From Candidatus Sulfobium sp. (GTDB lineage: Bacteria; Nitrospirota; Thermodesulfovibrionia; Thermodesulfovibrionales; UBA6898), in the NCBI GenBank assembly GCA_037380845.1, contig JARRRI010000015.1, positions 1 through 64,000 of the forward strand: DNA of 64,000 nucleotides, read 5' to 3'. The notes below the pieces were generated by a model. It did no database searches. It was given only the letters and a program-made list of their open reading frames with translations, and was not told the origin of the DNA. Positions 12,006-23,244 of the stretch are shown piece after piece (the first letter of the stretch is position 1; each line of letters starts with the position of its first letter). A program made the translations under genes and the position numbers.

Positions 12006-13348
12006 TTCGGAAACATCGTCCCTGCGATCAGCTTCAATATGTCGTTGTAGAAGGCAAACGCCATGAGTGATATAAGGAGGGCCAATCCTACCTTCTGAGC
12101 CAACATGACAACCTTTTCACTCACCGGTCTCTTTCTTACGGCTTCGATGCCGATAAAAAGCAGATGCCCACCGTCGAGAATGGGTATCGGCAACAGGTTC
12201 AACACTCCCAGGTTTATGCTTATCACTGCCATAAAAGTAAAGAAATCTATTGCCCCCCTGGAAGCCGTCTGTCCCGCCATCTCAAATATCATGATCGGCC
12301 CGCCTATCGTCTTGGCCGGGATAACCTTCTGGATCAACTTTATTATCGACTCGACAGTCAGGACGGAAATCTCCCAGGTCTTGCCGAGGCCCAGAGATAA
12401 AGCGGATACAGGCCCGAACCTCTTTATAAAAGTGTTCTCCAGAGGCCTGATACCGATGAGGCCGACTTCCTTTTCACCGCCGCCGGGAACAGTGATGGTG
12501 TTCTTTTCGGGGGTAATCGTCCGCTTTATAAGATTGTCGCCCCTCTTAATGGTAAACTTCAGAGGTTCGCCCGGACTCCCGTGTATCACTTCCGTCATAT
12601 CCTGCCATGTCCTGATCCTGATCCCCTGGATCGCATAAATACGGTCATCTTTCCTTAATCCCGCCTTCTCCGCGGGGGACCCCTTGAGGACCCCTCCGAC
12701 TACCGGATATATCAGAGGAGACGCCCCTATCTCCCAAGCTTCTTTTTTCTCTCCGAATACGTTTCTTACAGCCTTCCTTTCAGGAATGACTCTCACGCTG
12801 ACCACTTGGCCGTTTCGTTCGACTTTAAGATTTAAGAGGGCCCCGTTGCTTCCCTCCACTTGAGTCTCCACTTCATCCCAGCTGCGCACGCGATGTCCGT
12901 TGATCTCCGTTATCCTGTCGCCGGTCCTGAGGCCGCCCGTTTCAGCAGGCGAGTTTTTAGAAATATTCCCCACATCCGGGTGTAACACCGGGACCCCGGC
13001 CATAAAGATAGCTATAAATACGACCGCCGCAAAGATGAGGTTGAAGATCGGCCCGAAAAAAACTATCGAAAACCTCTTCCAGACCGGCTGGTTGCTGAAG
13101 GCCCGCTCCTTTTCAGTCTGCGGGAGTTCTTCTCCCGGCTCTTCCCCCAGCATCTTGACATAGCCGCCAAGGGGAAAAGCCGAGATGCAATACTCTGTCT
13201 CGCCGACCGTTTTTCCTGCCAGTTTGGGGCCGAAGCCGAGGGAGAACTTCAGGACCTTTACGCCGAGCAGTTTGGCGAACAGGAAATGGCCGAGTTCGTG
13301 AACAAAAATCAGGATACCGAGCAGAAATGCCGCGTAAAGTATAGTCAA
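12002..13348 (-). CDS. rseP: RIP metalloprotease RseP
   Basis: HELGH, GGYVKM, two PDZ domains, NLLPIPILDGG; TTG start overlapping dxr stop. Confidence 0.95.
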   Translation of the reverse strand: MTILYAAFLLGILIFVHELGHFLFAKLLGVKVLKFSLGFGPKLAGKTVGETEYCISAFPLGGYVKMLGEEPGEELPQTEKERAFSNQPVWKRFSIVFFGPIFNLIFAAVVFIAIFMAGVPVLHPDVGNISKNSPAETGGLRTGDRITEINGHRVRSWDEVETQVEGSNGALLNLKVERNGQVVSVRVIPERKAVRNVFGEKKEAWEIGASPLIYPVVGGVLKGSPAEKAGLRKDDRIYAIQGIRIRTWQDMTEVIHGSPGEPLKFTIKRGDNLIKRTITPEKNTITVPGGGEKEVGLIGIRPLENTFIKRFGPVSALSLGLGKTWEISVLTVESIIKLIQKVIPAKTIGGPIMIFEMAGQTASRGAIDFFTFMAVISINLGVLNLLPIPILDGGHLLFIGIEAVRKRPVSEKVVMLAQKVGLALLISLMAFAFYNDILKLIAGTMFPK

Positions 13349-14499
13349 TTCAACAGCCCCTCGACACAACGTTGCGAGGCTTCCCGGGCCCAACGGTCGG
13401 CCGCCAGCACCTCCTCCAGCGAGGCGGCGGATGTGGTCCGGTGAAGCCCTGAGACCCTCTTTATTATGTAAGGAATATCGTTGAACCTGATGCTGCCCCT
13501 TAAGAAGGCGCTAACGGCAACCTCATTGGCGGCATTGAGCACGCAGGGCATAGTGCCCCCGGCCCGCAGCGCATCATACGCATAAGACAGACACGGGAAA
13601 TTCCGGTTGTCAGGTCTGCTGAACGTCAATGACTTGAGGCTGTGGAGTTCAAGCCCCTCTATCGGCCCCTCGAGCCGTCGGGGGTAAGCAAGCGCATAAG
13701 AAATGGGACCCTTCATGTCAGGCATCGACATCTGGGCCAGACAGCTCCGGTCCTTGAACTCTATGAGAGAGTGAATAATACTCTGGGGATGGACCACCAC
13801 GTCTATCTTCTCGGGAGGGAGATTGAACAGCCAGAACGCCTCGATGACCTCTAATCCTTTGTTCATCAAGGTGGCGGAATCTATCGAGATTTTCTTCCCC
13901 ATGCGCCAGTTAGGATGCTTCAGGGCATCCTTCACCGTAATATATTGCAGGTCTTTTTTCCTTTTATTCAGGAACGGACCGCCGGAGGCCGTCAATATGA
14001 TGCGTTTGATGTCTCCCGGTCTTCTGCCCTCCAGACACTGAAAGACCGCCGAATGTTCGCTGTCCACGGGTATGATCTTCACCTTATTCCTGCGAGCCTT
14101 CTTCATAACTATTTCACCCGCCATAACGAGAGCTTCCTTGTTGGCAAGACCGACATTTCTGCCGGCTTCGATGGCTGCTATAGTCGGAATGAGGCCGGCC
14201 GCACCGACGATGGCTGATATAACAAGATCCGAATTCCCGCACGAAGCAACGCGCCTGATTCCCTCCACCCCGAAATCTATGTCCGGACCGCCGACTCTCT
14301 TTCTCAGTCTGTCAGCGTCTTTTTTGTCGGCTACAGCTACTATCTCAGGTTTGAAAAGTCGTATCTGACGCTCAAAAAGGTCTATGTTCTTTCCCGCAGT
14401 GAGGCCGACAACCCTGAAGTCTTCTCCGTGCCGGGCGACAATATCGAGTGCGCTGCGACCGATGGAACCGGTAGAGCCCAGTATCGTAAGTCTTTTCAT
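13345..14499 (-). CDS. dxr: 1-deoxy-D-xylulose-5-phosphate reductoisomerase
   Basis: LGSTGSIG, LANKE, PVDSEH, TASGGPF, HPNWRMG, NKGLEVIEA. Confidence 0.97.
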   Translation of the reverse strand: MKRLTILGSTGSIGRSALDIVARHGEDFRVVGLTAGKNIDLFERQIRLFKPEIVAVADKKDADRLRKRVGGPDIDFGVEGIRRVASCGNSDLVISAIVGAAGLIPTIAAIEAGRNVGLANKEALVMAGEIVMKKARRNKVKIIPVDSEHSAVFQCLEGRRPGDIKRIILTASGGPFLNKRKKDLQYITVKDALKHPNWRMGKKISIDSATLMNKGLEVIEAFWLFNLPPEKIDVVVHPQSIIHSLIEFKDRSCLAQMSMPDMKGPISYALAYPRRLEGPIEGLELHSLKSLTFSRPDNRNFPCLSYAYDALRAGGTMPCVLNAANEVAVSAFLRGSIRFNDIPYIIKRVSGLHRTTSAASLEEVLAADRWAREASQRCVEGLLN

Positions 14500-14702
14500 T
14501 ATCTTTAATTATACTAAAAGCAGAGCTTTTTATCCCCGTAAAGACATCCGAAGACCGCCACTGCAACCGGCGGGAAAGCTGGTAGCCACATAAGTTTGAC
14601 GCGGTCTGTGATTCCATTTTCGCCGCCTTTGGCCGACGGAAGCTTCACCTGCCGGAACTCCGCTTCGCCATACCGCTCCGGTCGCTCTCCCCCTGAGCCG
14701 GC

Positions 14703-15494
14703 CTACCTGATCAGTCCCAGCCCCAGACAAAACCAGTAGAGCACCGGTCCGGCGAAGGTAACACCGTCAATCTTGTCGAGAACCCCCCCGTGCCCGGGGA
14801 TGATATGGCTGGAGTCCTTTACGCCGGCGTCCCTTTTGAACATAGATTCTACGAGGTCACCGATGATCGTAACTACCCCCATGGAGAGCCCGAGCAGGAT
14901 GACCTGAGAAAGAGAAACCAGATGAAGCAGTACCGCATTTATGAACAGGGCGCCAAGGATGCCTCCTATTACAGAACCAACCGCCCCTTCCACAGTCTTG
15001 TTGGGGCTGATCCGCTCGTAAAGCTTCCTCCGGCCGATCCCTTTCCCGACATAATATGCCAGACTGTCGGCAGCCCACACGGATGCGTAAAGGAAAATTA
15101 TCCATATGGGGGAAGCCTTTGCAAGGCCAAGCTGGAATGTAAGCAGGCCGGGGATGTAAAGAAGGCCGAGCACCGCGATGGACACATCCCCATGAGAGGA
15201 TTCCGGGTCGTTCTTGAAGAACAGCCTCACAGTCATGATAGTTAACAGAAACAGAAATACTACGGTCGCAAAATGCTCCCGGGATGTATAGAAGACGGCA
15301 AGCAGTGCGGCCCCCCACAACATGCCGATATATTTCATCAGACCCTCCAGCCTGAACATGGCATAGAATTCAAGGAGGGCGAGAGAAGACAGAATAACAA
15401 TCAGGAAAAAGAAATACTCGGCAGGGAGAAACATGACCACAGCGTAAAGGAAAGGGACCAGGATTGCAGCTACTATCAGTCTCTTAATATGCAT
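14703..15494 (-). CDS. cdsA: Phosphatidate cytidylyltransferase
   Basis: ISPNKTVEG, GDLVESMFKRDAGVKDS..PGHGG.LD. Confidence 0.95.
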   Translation of the reverse strand: MHIKRLIVAAILVPFLYAVVMFLPAEYFFFLIVILSSLALLEFYAMFRLEGLMKYIGMLWGAALLAVFYTSREHFATVVFLFLLTIMTVRLFFKNDPESSHGDVSIAVLGLLYIPGLLTFQLGLAKASPIWIIFLYASVWAADSLAYYVGKGIGRRKLYERISPNKTVEGAVGSVIGGILGALFINAVLLHLVSLSQVILLGLSMGVVTIIGDLVESMFKRDAGVKDSSHIIPGHGGVLDKIDGVTFAGPVLYWFCLGLGLIR

Positions 15495-16203
15495 CAGACT
15501 TCACAGGTATGCCCCCGAAACGGCGCTCTCTGTTCTGAAAGTCCTGCAAGGCCAGCATGAGTTCCTCTCTGTCGAAGTCTGGCCATAAGGTGTCGGTAAA
15601 ATACAACTCGGCGTAAGCACTCTGCCACAAAAGAAAGTTGCTCAACCTTCTTTCACCGCTTGTCCTTATAATAAGATCCGGTGCCGGCAACCCGCCGGTA
15701 TCCAGATAACCCGTAAAAAGTTTTTCCGTCAGTTCCGCTGGCCCGCATCCCGAAGTCACGATCTTTTTGATCGCCCTGATAATCTCGTTCCTCCCACTGT
15801 AACTCAACGCGGTAACCAGGGTCATGCCTTCGTTGGATGCCGTCCTCTCCTCCGTATCTCTCACCAGTGTCTGAATATTATCGGGCAGCCGCCAGAGTTC
15901 TCCGATAGCCCTGAATACAATACCCTTCTTCATCAGACCCGAGATTTCTCTCTTAAGATACAGCTCGAGCAGCTTCATGAGGGTTGACACCTCGGAAGAC
16001 GGCCGCTGCCAGTTCTCCGACGAAAAAGTATACAGGGTAAGGTATTTTATTCCCAGGTCCGAGGAAGACTCTATTATCTCCCTGGCTCTCTCGGCCCCGA
16101 CCCTGTGACCTTCTATCCTGGGCAGACCCCTGATCTGCGCCCACCTCCCGTTGCCATCCATGATGACCCCGATATGAGTCGGCATCTTTTCGGAAAAGCT
16201 CAT
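15484..16203 (-). CDS. uppS: Undecaprenyl diphosphate synthase
   Basis: IMDGNGRWA, FSSENW, IRTSGERRLSNFLLWQ. Confidence 0.97.
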   Translation of the reverse strand: MSFSEKMPTHIGVIMDGNGRWAQIRGLPRIEGHRVGAERAREIIESSSDLGIKYLTLYTFSSENWQRPSSEVSTLMKLLELYLKREISGLMKKGIVFRAIGELWRLPDNIQTLVRDTEERTASNEGMTLVTALSYSGRNEIIRAIKKIVTSGCGPAELTEKLFTGYLDTGGLPAPDLIIRTSGERRLSNFLLWQSAYAELYFTDTLWPDFDREELMLALQDFQNRERRFGGIPVKSDAY

Positions 16204-16209
16204 CTCAGA

Positions 16210-17823
16210 CTACCTGCCCTTCACCAGATAAACATATAATACCGTCCCGAGAGGGTTTTCGCCCTTCAGGATATTCTCAAATTTTATTCCCATAAAAGGG
16301 CTGGCCAGGACAATGACCTCGTCCCCTGACAGCGCGTAATCCAGCAGCGATCCGTCGACGCCGTCGATAAGCTCGCCCTGCTCCATGGAGAAACCGTTCC
16401 ACCAGTAGTTCCTTATGCTGGAGCTGGTGTAGCCCAGTCCCTTGGCCACACCAGTAAGAGGCTTCCTGTCGATGACCAGGACCTCCTTACGCATGGCGGC
16501 CAGCCTGTCCTTTATCGCCCATTCCCCGGGCTCAAGGATCGTCCCGACTGATTCCTTCCTGAAGGTAGTGAGAAACCCCCCTGTGCCCTTTCTGCTCCTC
16601 CATACCCTAAGTCCGTTCCCGTTATAAAGGTTCAGGAATCCCTGATCGTCATAGGCGAGAACCAGGCTCTCACCGGAGGGGCCCTTCATGGTGATAAAAT
16701 CATAAATGTTCACGCCCTTCGGAATATTCAGGGGTTTACCGGCAACGCATCCACCTGAAGCCCAATTCAGAGAAAATACTTTCCCCTTGAAGCCCTGCGA
16801 AGCCGAATACTGCTGGGCGGCAAGGCCGTTGCCGATCCTCCGGACGAAATATTTGCCCTTCCACATGCGTTTAAAGCCGGACCCCGTAAATTCATAAATA
16901 TAAGAGAGGACCTCACCGTTCTTCATGGACGTGCCGACTATCTCGTCTTTTCCATCTTTATCGACATCAACCGAATCCAGCCATATGAAGTCATCCGTCG
17001 CCGATCCTTTTATTTCCCATAGGAACTTGAGGTCCACACCCAGAGCGTAGACCCGCAGACTGTTGCCGTCGCTAAGGATGATTTCCTTCTTCCCGTCGCC
17101 GGCGACGTCGCCGACTGTCACCAGACCTGCTTTAAACGGAAGATTGAAGCTCATCACAGGCTCACCCGTCTGCGGCACAAAATACTCCTGGCCGAATTTC
17201 AGGTTTTTTGAATATTCCGTATCAACTGTGGTTTCTGCGTCAACGAATTTCGAGCCGTCAGAAACCCAGAAAAGCCGCTCGCGCAACAGTGTCCCGTCTT
17301 TGGCCCCTTTTGCAGTAAGAAGGAGCGCCACCTCCGCTCCCAGCCTTCTGGCTTCCGCAAGGACCTTCCCAACATCGTCCGTTTCAAGACCGGTATCGAG
17401 CATCTGGACACGACCCGTCTCCTTCAGTTTTCTATAATATTCATCGGCAAGATACCAGTCGACATCCTTTTCCTGGCAGAACATCATCTTTATCCTGGCG
17501 TCCGAAAGACGCACCCTGTCACCCTGTTTTGCCTGCCCCTCGACCAGAACACCCGAGGACGAGTCGGGGCCGACATCCCTGATTTCTATCTTCCCGACGG
17601 CAGCCTCCACTTTCCCCACCACTTCGCCGGTAACAGGATGGATAAAAGGCACGTCTTCCCTCAGCACCTTCAGTCTCATACCCGGCCTTACCGAATCCTT
17701 CTCCCCCAGGGACAGTACCACATTGTGACCCTCGACGCCGGTGACGGTCCCGCTGAGAACCCTGAAATAGGAAAGAGCGTTTTGTTTAAGGTTTTCAAAG
17801 GGGTTTTCCTTTCCCTGGACCAT
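16210..17823 (-). CDS. Exported hypothetical protein with FG-GAP/VCBS-like repeats
   Basis: GDVAGDGKKEI and DVDKDGKDEI motifs; start uncertain. Confidence 0.7.
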   Translation of the reverse strand: MVQGKENPFENLKQNALSYFRVLSGTVTGVEGHNVVLSLGEKDSVRPGMRLKVLREDVPFIHPVTGEVVGKVEAAVGKIEIRDVGPDSSSGVLVEGQAKQGDRVRLSDARIKMMFCQEKDVDWYLADEYYRKLKETGRVQMLDTGLETDDVGKVLAEARRLGAEVALLLTAKGAKDGTLLRERLFWVSDGSKFVDAETTVDTEYSKNLKFGQEYFVPQTGEPVMSFNLPFKAGLVTVGDVAGDGKKEIILSDGNSLRVYALGVDLKFLWEIKGSATDDFIWLDSVDVDKDGKDEIVGTSMKNGEVLSYIYEFTGSGFKRMWKGKYFVRRIGNGLAAQQYSASQGFKGKVFSLNWASGGCVAGKPLNIPKGVNIYDFITMKGPSGESLVLAYDDQGFLNLYNGNGLRVWRSRKGTGGFLTTFRKESVGTILEPGEWAIKDRLAAMRKEVLVIDRKPLTGVAKGLGYTSSSIRNYWWNGFSMEQGELIDGVDGSLLDYALSGDEVIVLASPFMGIKFENILKGENPLGTVLYVYLVKGR

Positions 17824-18024
17824 GGAAACGAGCGCGAAAAAATGCTTGCCTCCGCTCCGTCTCGTTCACCGGATGCATGCCGCATGCCTTCGCAATTCCT
17901 CTGTCACGCCGGTAAATGACCACAAAGTATCCGGCTATTCACTATACCACAAAAGGAGAAAAGGATTAAAGAATACCGGTTCGAGCGGCGGGAGAGGAAA
18001 AAACACCCGGGGAAATTCGTCTCT

Positions 18025-18351
18025 ATGCTCGTGTCCTATGAGCATCATATGAAGCTTGATCTTTCCGGTTACCCGCCTGCGGCTGAAGGCAGGAAACTGA
18101 ATCTCTTCAGCAGGATTGTAAGCATCGCCGACGATTATGACAGTATGGTCCTAGGAAGGGTTTACGGAAGAAGCAGGATCAGGAGGGAAGACGCCCTTGA
18201 ACTGCTCGTTCAAAAGAGCGGTACGCTGTACGATCCGCCCCTGGTAAGGGCATTTGTCGACGTATTCATTCGAAAGATCCTTTTTGCCCATAGGCGTGTT
18301 CAAAGCAGGGCAAGGTTGTCACGGTGTACGGCTTCATCGGAATACTTATAG
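18025..18351 (+). pseudogene. C-terminal HD-GYP fragment
   Basis: EHHMKLDLSGYP...SRIVSIADDYDSM...SGTLYDPPLVRAF; no upstream HD half. Confidence 0.75.
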
Positions 18352-19397
18352 CCGAGGATACGCTCTATTTCGGCGGTTTTTTTCCCCATTATCCTCCTCA
18401 GGTCCGTGGAAGAATAATTTACAAGCCCCTTGGCTATGCGTTTCCCGCCGGCGGTCACGCAATAGACCGCATCCCCCAGATCGAATTCTCCCTCGACGGA
18501 AACTATGCCGGCAGGAAGAAGGCTTCCGCCCCTATCGGTAATCGCTTTTACCGCACCTCCGTCCAGCACAAGAGAACCTTTGGGCCGGCTGCTGTAAGCG
18601 ATCCATCCCTTCCTGTGCGAAAGCCTGCTCCCGGCCGGTTTTATAAATGTTCCGTGCTCCCGCCCCCTCACGAGCGACGTCAGGAGGCCCTTTCTCCTGC
18701 CGCTGATAATGAATACGGATATTCCGTGGGAAGCGGCTCTCCTTGCGGCGAGCAGTTTGGAATACATCCCCCCCGTGCCGACGGCGCTGCCCGCACCTCC
18801 AGCCATCTTCTCCACCTCCCGCGTCACCTCCTCCAGACAGGGAATCAGGTCGGCATCGGCTTTAATTCTCGGGTCTTCTCTGTAAAGGCCCTCGACGTCG
18901 GACAATATAATGAGTTTCTCGGCCTCCACCAAAAGGGCTACCAGTGACGCCAGTGTATCATTGTCTCCGAACTTAATCTCATCGGTCGCCACGGTATCGT
19001 TTTCATTCACGACGGGAACTACCCCGTAGGATAGCAGCGTCAGCAGAGTGTTCTTCGAGTTAATATATCTCTTCCTGTCAGACAGGTCCTCCCTTGTCAG
19101 CAGGACTTGCGCCACCTTCTTCCCGAAAGCGGCAAAACTCTTTTCATAGGCCCGCATCAAACTGCTCTGTCCGACTGCAGCAGCCGCCTGTTTTAGCTTG
19201 ATAGCAGCCGGCTTCCCTTTCAGCCCGAGTTTTCTCATGCCGGCGGCAACGGCGCCGGATGACACGATCACAACTTCGTATCCCATCTGCTGCAGGCCGG
19301 ATATGTCCGCAGCGATAGACGACACCCGGCGGACATCGAGGCCCTCCTTTCCGCCCGACAGAATATTGCTGCCTATCTTTACAACCAGACGTTTCAT
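18300..19397 (-). CDS. proB: Glutamate 5-kinase with PUA domain
   Basis: VVKIGS, SSGAV, NENDTV, FGDND, GTGGM, C-terminal HRDNL. Confidence 0.97.
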   Translation of the reverse strand: MKRLVVKIGSNILSGGKEGLDVRRVSSIAADISGLQQMGYEVVIVSSGAVAAGMRKLGLKGKPAAIKLKQAAAAVGQSSLMRAYEKSFAAFGKKVAQVLLTREDLSDRKRYINSKNTLLTLLSYGVVPVVNENDTVATDEIKFGDNDTLASLVALLVEAEKLIILSDVEGLYREDPRIKADADLIPCLEEVTREVEKMAGGAGSAVGTGGMYSKLLAARRAASHGISVFIISGRRKGLLTSLVRGREHGTFIKPAGSRLSHRKGWIAYSSRPKGSLVLDGGAVKAITDRGGSLLPAGIVSVEGEFDLGDAVYCVTAGGKRIAKGLVNYSSTDLRRIMGKKTAEIERILGYKYSDEAVHRDNLALL

Positions 19398-19712
19398 GAC
19401 CCTTTCTCGGTGTATAACAGGCCCCGATGTGCTGCCCCTGATGCCATCGCTCATTATACATTACAATTGCAATAAAATATGCAAGCCGCCGCAATCAAGC
19501 GAAATCCCAAACTGGAACAGGGTGTGCGGCGGGTTGTGTGAGGCTTACGGGGGCACAGCCTCTTTTTGCCCCTGTTCATTAAAGGACCGCCAGGCGGTTG
19601 CAATAATGTATTATCTCGCCGAAAATTTACTATAACATTGGAGGCTTATTCAGGAGATGCATCTCCCCTCACCTCCGTGAGAACACACAGAATGAACAAA
19701 GGAGGTCACAAG

Positions 19713-21152
19713 ATGACGAGAAGAAGTGTTCGGACTCTTTCGGTAACGGCACTTTCCCTTCTGCTGTCTTGCACTTTAGCAAATGCTGACATGCCGAAGT
19801 CCGCAGTACATGTCACGGGCTTGCAGGACCAGACAGGCGTGTCGGTTACAGTTTACAATACAAATCTCGGCCTTATAAAAGATCGGAGGACCATTAGTCT
19901 CCCCAAGGGTACGGAAGAGCTGAGATTCATGGATGTCGCATCGCATATAATCCCGACCAGCGTATATATAAAGTCTGAAGGCGCCACCGACGGCTTCAGG
20001 ATCCTGGAACAGAACTATGAATATGACCTGTTGAATCCTCAGAAGCTCCTGGACAAGTACGTAGGCAAAGAAGTAAAACTCTATTACAAAAATCCCTTCA
20101 CCGAAAGGGAGGAAATCGTCCGCGCCACCCTGTTATCCAATAACGGAAAACCGATCTTCAGGATCGGCGACGAAATAACATTCGGGCATCCGGGCAGGAT
20201 CGTTTTCCCCCGGGTACCTGAAAGCCTGATTTCCAAGCCCACACTCGTATGGCTTGTCGAGAACAGACTCCCCTCACCCCAGAACGTCCAGGCGTCATAC
20301 CTGACAACCGGCATCAGCTGGAATGCCGACTACGTCGTCACCCTGGACAGCGGTGATGAGAAGGCGGACCTCTCTGCATGGGTCACCATTGAAAACAAAA
20401 GCGGCGCAGCCTACCGGAATGCTTCGCTAAAGCTCGTCGCCGGGCAGGTTCACAGGGTCACGCCGGAACAACAGTACCGGGGGAGAATACTGCAGGCCGA
20501 GGCCGCCAAACAGGCACCCCAGTTCAGAGAGGAAGAATTCTTCGAATATCATGTATATACCCTTCAGAGACCTTCGACTATAAGTAATAACCAGACAAAA
20601 CAGATACGTCTTATCTCTTCAGAATACATACCCATAAAAAAAGAGCTGGTCTATTCCGGCTCAGCCTACTACTATCGAAGCAGGTACGGCGGGGGCGTTT
20701 CCAGCCGGAAGATAGGCGTATTCGTGGAGATGAGGAACAGAAAGGAAGACAACCTCGGCATACCCCTGCCAAAAGGGACCGTCAGGGTGTATAAACGCGA
20801 CAGCGAAGGGAGCCTCCAATTCGTCGGAGAAGATACCATAGACCACACACCCAAAGACGAAAAAGTCAGGATAAAAGTCGGCGAAGCCTTCGATGTAACG
20901 GGGAGCAGGAAACAGGTCGACTGGGAAAAAATTGCATATGATACATACGAAGCCGCGTTCGAGATCTCTCTGGGAAACCACAAAAACAGGGATGTCACCG
21001 TTAAAGTTATAGAACCCATTCCGGGTGACTGGACGATGCTTAATTCCTCTCATCCTTACAAAAAGACCGACGCATTTGGCGCCGAATTCGATATGAAGGT
21101 GCCGAAGGATAAAACCGTGACGCTTTCTTACAGGGTAAGAATGAAGTTCTAG
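19713..21152 (+). CDS. DUF4139-type exported protein
   Basis: GGAGG RBS, signal peptide, VTVYN, EQNYEYDLL, PLPKGTVRVY, FVGEDTIDHTPKDE. Confidence 0.85.
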   Translation: MTRRSVRTLSVTALSLLLSCTLANADMPKSAVHVTGLQDQTGVSVTVYNTNLGLIKDRRTISLPKGTEELRFMDVASHIIPTSVYIKSEGATDGFRILEQNYEYDLLNPQKLLDKYVGKEVKLYYKNPFTEREEIVRATLLSNNGKPIFRIGDEITFGHPGRIVFPRVPESLISKPTLVWLVENRLPSPQNVQASYLTTGISWNADYVVTLDSGDEKADLSAWVTIENKSGAAYRNASLKLVAGQVHRVTPEQQYRGRILQAEAAKQAPQFREEEFFEYHVYTLQRPSTISNNQTKQIRLISSEYIPIKKELVYSGSAYYYRSRYGGGVSSRKIGVFVEMRNRKEDNLGIPLPKGTVRVYKRDSEGSLQFVGEDTIDHTPKDEKVRIKVGEAFDVTGSRKQVDWEKIAYDTYEAAFEISLGNHKNRDVTVKVIEPIPGDWTMLNSSHPYKKTDAFGAEFDMKVPKDKTVTLSYRVRMKF

Positions 21153-21358
21153 CCGGCCTGCAAGGCGGGACTGCAAGGACACCCTTTGACAGGATATCCC
21201 TGCAATTGCCCGAAAGACGTGCACACTTTTTATTGTCAGTGCTCGACACCGGGGTCGTCGGATAGCTTCCCAAACCTGACCGGATAATGTCGCTTTCCGG
21301 GAACGCCGTCCTTTCCGTCTCCATCATAGTATCATCGTTCTCTGCGCCTGTCTTCCGG

Positions 21359-22990
21359 TCAGCGGCCCTCGAGGAATGTTCTGAGGCCGAAGCTTCGGGA
21401 AGGGTGTTTCAGTTTTCTGATCGCCTTGACTTCTATCTGCCTTATCCGTTCCCTGGTGACTTCGAATTCCTGACCGAGTTCCTCCAAAGTCTTCGTCAAT
21501 TCCTCGCCGATACCGAACCGTCGCTTTATGATCCTGGCTTCCTTGTCATTAAGGGTCCCGAGAACGGTTTCCACCTGCTTCTTCAGGTCACGGTTTATTG
21601 CGCTTTCGAGAGGCGAGACAGACGCCCGGTCTTCTATGAGGTCCCCGAGATGACTGTCCTCTTCCTCTCCTATCGGGGTTTCGAGTGAAACGGGTTCCTT
21701 CGATATCTTCAATATTGTCTTGACCTTGGGGAGCGGTATGTTAAGCCTCGTCGCGATTTCCTCGGGTTGGGGTTCGCATCCCAGTTCCTGTACCAGTTCC
21801 CGTGTAACCTTGGAAATGCGCGCTATTATCTCACCCATATGTACGGGTATTCGTATCGTCCTCGACTGGTCCGTCAATGCCCTGGTTATGGTCTGTCTTA
21901 CCCACCATGTCGCATAGGTGCTGAACTTGTAGCCCCTCTGGTACTCGAATTTGTCAACCGCTCTCATCAAGCCGATGTTTCCCTCCTGTATCAGATCAGG
22001 GAAGCTAAGGCCTTTGCCGATGTAACGTTTGGCAATGCTGATAACCAGCCTCAGATTGGCCTCTACCATGGCCCGCTTGGCCTCTACAATCTCATCACGG
22101 CGCGCGGCATATGCCTTCATGGTATTCTTCATGTCCGCATGTGAGATGCCGACCGAATGTTCACTCCGGCTAATATTGTTTCTGCATTCAAGATACACCT
22201 TTAACAGGTGCTCTTTTCCCTTCAGTCTGGCAGCATTTGCGTTGGCCTTCAGGAAACCGGCAACCGTTCTGCAATTACCGCTCCTGCCGCTGTTCATATC
22301 AACCCCTGCGGCTTTGAGACGTTTGCCCACAGACGAGAGTTCCCTGTTGGCTTCCTCCAGCCTTTTCGCGGCTTTCTCGATTTCATTATAGAAACCGACT
22401 ACCAGGTTTTCCTTCAACCTGAGGCTGCTCACCAAATCGAGTATTCTTTCATGGCTGGAATCGGCCCGTTTCCTGTTGCGGGAAGCCGGCTTGCTTCTTT
22501 CCGTCCGCGAGTGGTTATTGTTGATCCGGGGCTTTCTGTAAAGGCGGCTTATCTCGTCAACGACAGACAATAATCTTTTGGTTTCATACATGACCGCCTC
22601 TTCCGAATCCGCACCCACCTGCATTATGTCCTCCGGCGACAGGTCACCACTTCTCACGGCGCCACCCATGGAAATCAGTCTTTCCACAGCGAAGGGTACT
22701 GAAAAAACAACGCGCACCAGCTCTTCCCTTCCCTTCTCAATCCTTTTTGCCGTTTCGATTTCACCTTCCCGGGTCAGCAAAGGAATGTTGCCCATCTCTT
22801 TCAGATACATTTTCAGAGGCTCATAATCGCTGTCATCCCCTGAATTCCTCGGCTGTTCTTCGCCGTCATCCTTTTCATCGTCGCTCCAAAAAATGTCCTG
22901 CTCATCCTTCTCTCTCCGGTCTCCGAAGTCGATATCATCCCGATCCTCTTCGACCTCTGAAAAATCCAGGACATCCAGCAACTTACCCAT
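21359..22990 (-). CDS. RpoD-like sigma70 factor (probable paralog)
   Basis: Region 1.2 [45 protein letters not shown]; short acidic N-terminus; no dnaG neighbour. Confidence 0.9.
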   Translation of the reverse strand: MGKLLDVLDFSEVEEDRDDIDFGDRREKDEQDIFWSDDEKDDGEEQPRNSGDDSDYEPLKMYLKEMGNIPLLTREGEIETAKRIEKGREELVRVVFSVPFAVERLISMGGAVRSGDLSPEDIMQVGADSEEAVMYETKRLLSVVDEISRLYRKPRINNNHSRTERSKPASRNRKRADSSHERILDLVSSLRLKENLVVGFYNEIEKAAKRLEEANRELSSVGKRLKAAGVDMNSGRSGNCRTVAGFLKANANAARLKGKEHLLKVYLECRNNISRSEHSVGISHADMKNTMKAYAARRDEIVEAKRAMVEANLRLVISIAKRYIGKGLSFPDLIQEGNIGLMRAVDKFEYQRGYKFSTYATWWVRQTITRALTDQSRTIRIPVHMGEIIARISKVTRELVQELGCEPQPEEIATRLNIPLPKVKTILKISKEPVSLETPIGEEEDSHLGDLIEDRASVSPLESAINRDLKKQVETVLGTLNDKEARIIKRRFGIGEELTKTLEELGQEFEVTRERIRQIEVKAIRKLKHPSRSFGLRTFLEGR

Positions 22991-23123
22991 AGTTAATACC
23001 CCCTTTTAATGAGACAGATGGATAATAAACTCAGAATTTCAGTCACTTTTATAATTTACGGTATTGAAGAAGATAAAAATATCAGGCAAATTCTGTTTTT
23101 TATGTAAGACTTCAGGTGATAAG

Positions 23124-23144
23124 TTGTAGGCATTTGTCCTACAA
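23124..23144. promoter_or_regulatory. Palindromic TF-binding-site candidate TTGTAGG-N7-CCTACAA
   Basis: Perfect 7-bp inverted arms in the divergent sigma/flavoprotein intergenic region. Confidence 0.55.
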
Positions 23145-23244
23145 GACCGCCCCTGTGCAGCGGACTTCTGACTTTGATATAATCAAGATAATGCCTGTTT
23201 GCACCATGATTACCCGGTTTCATGAGGCGTAAGGAGGTTCAGCC

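Noticed and set aside
14500..14702. GC-rich cdsA-dxr spacer as an ncRNA
   Set aside because: No recognisable RNA family or convincing long stem
17824..17885. Frameshifted signal peptide for the FG-GAP protein
   Set aside because: Hydrophobic FFALVS precedes the ATG with an in-frame stop further upstream, but this cannot be separated from start-site ambiguity without homologs
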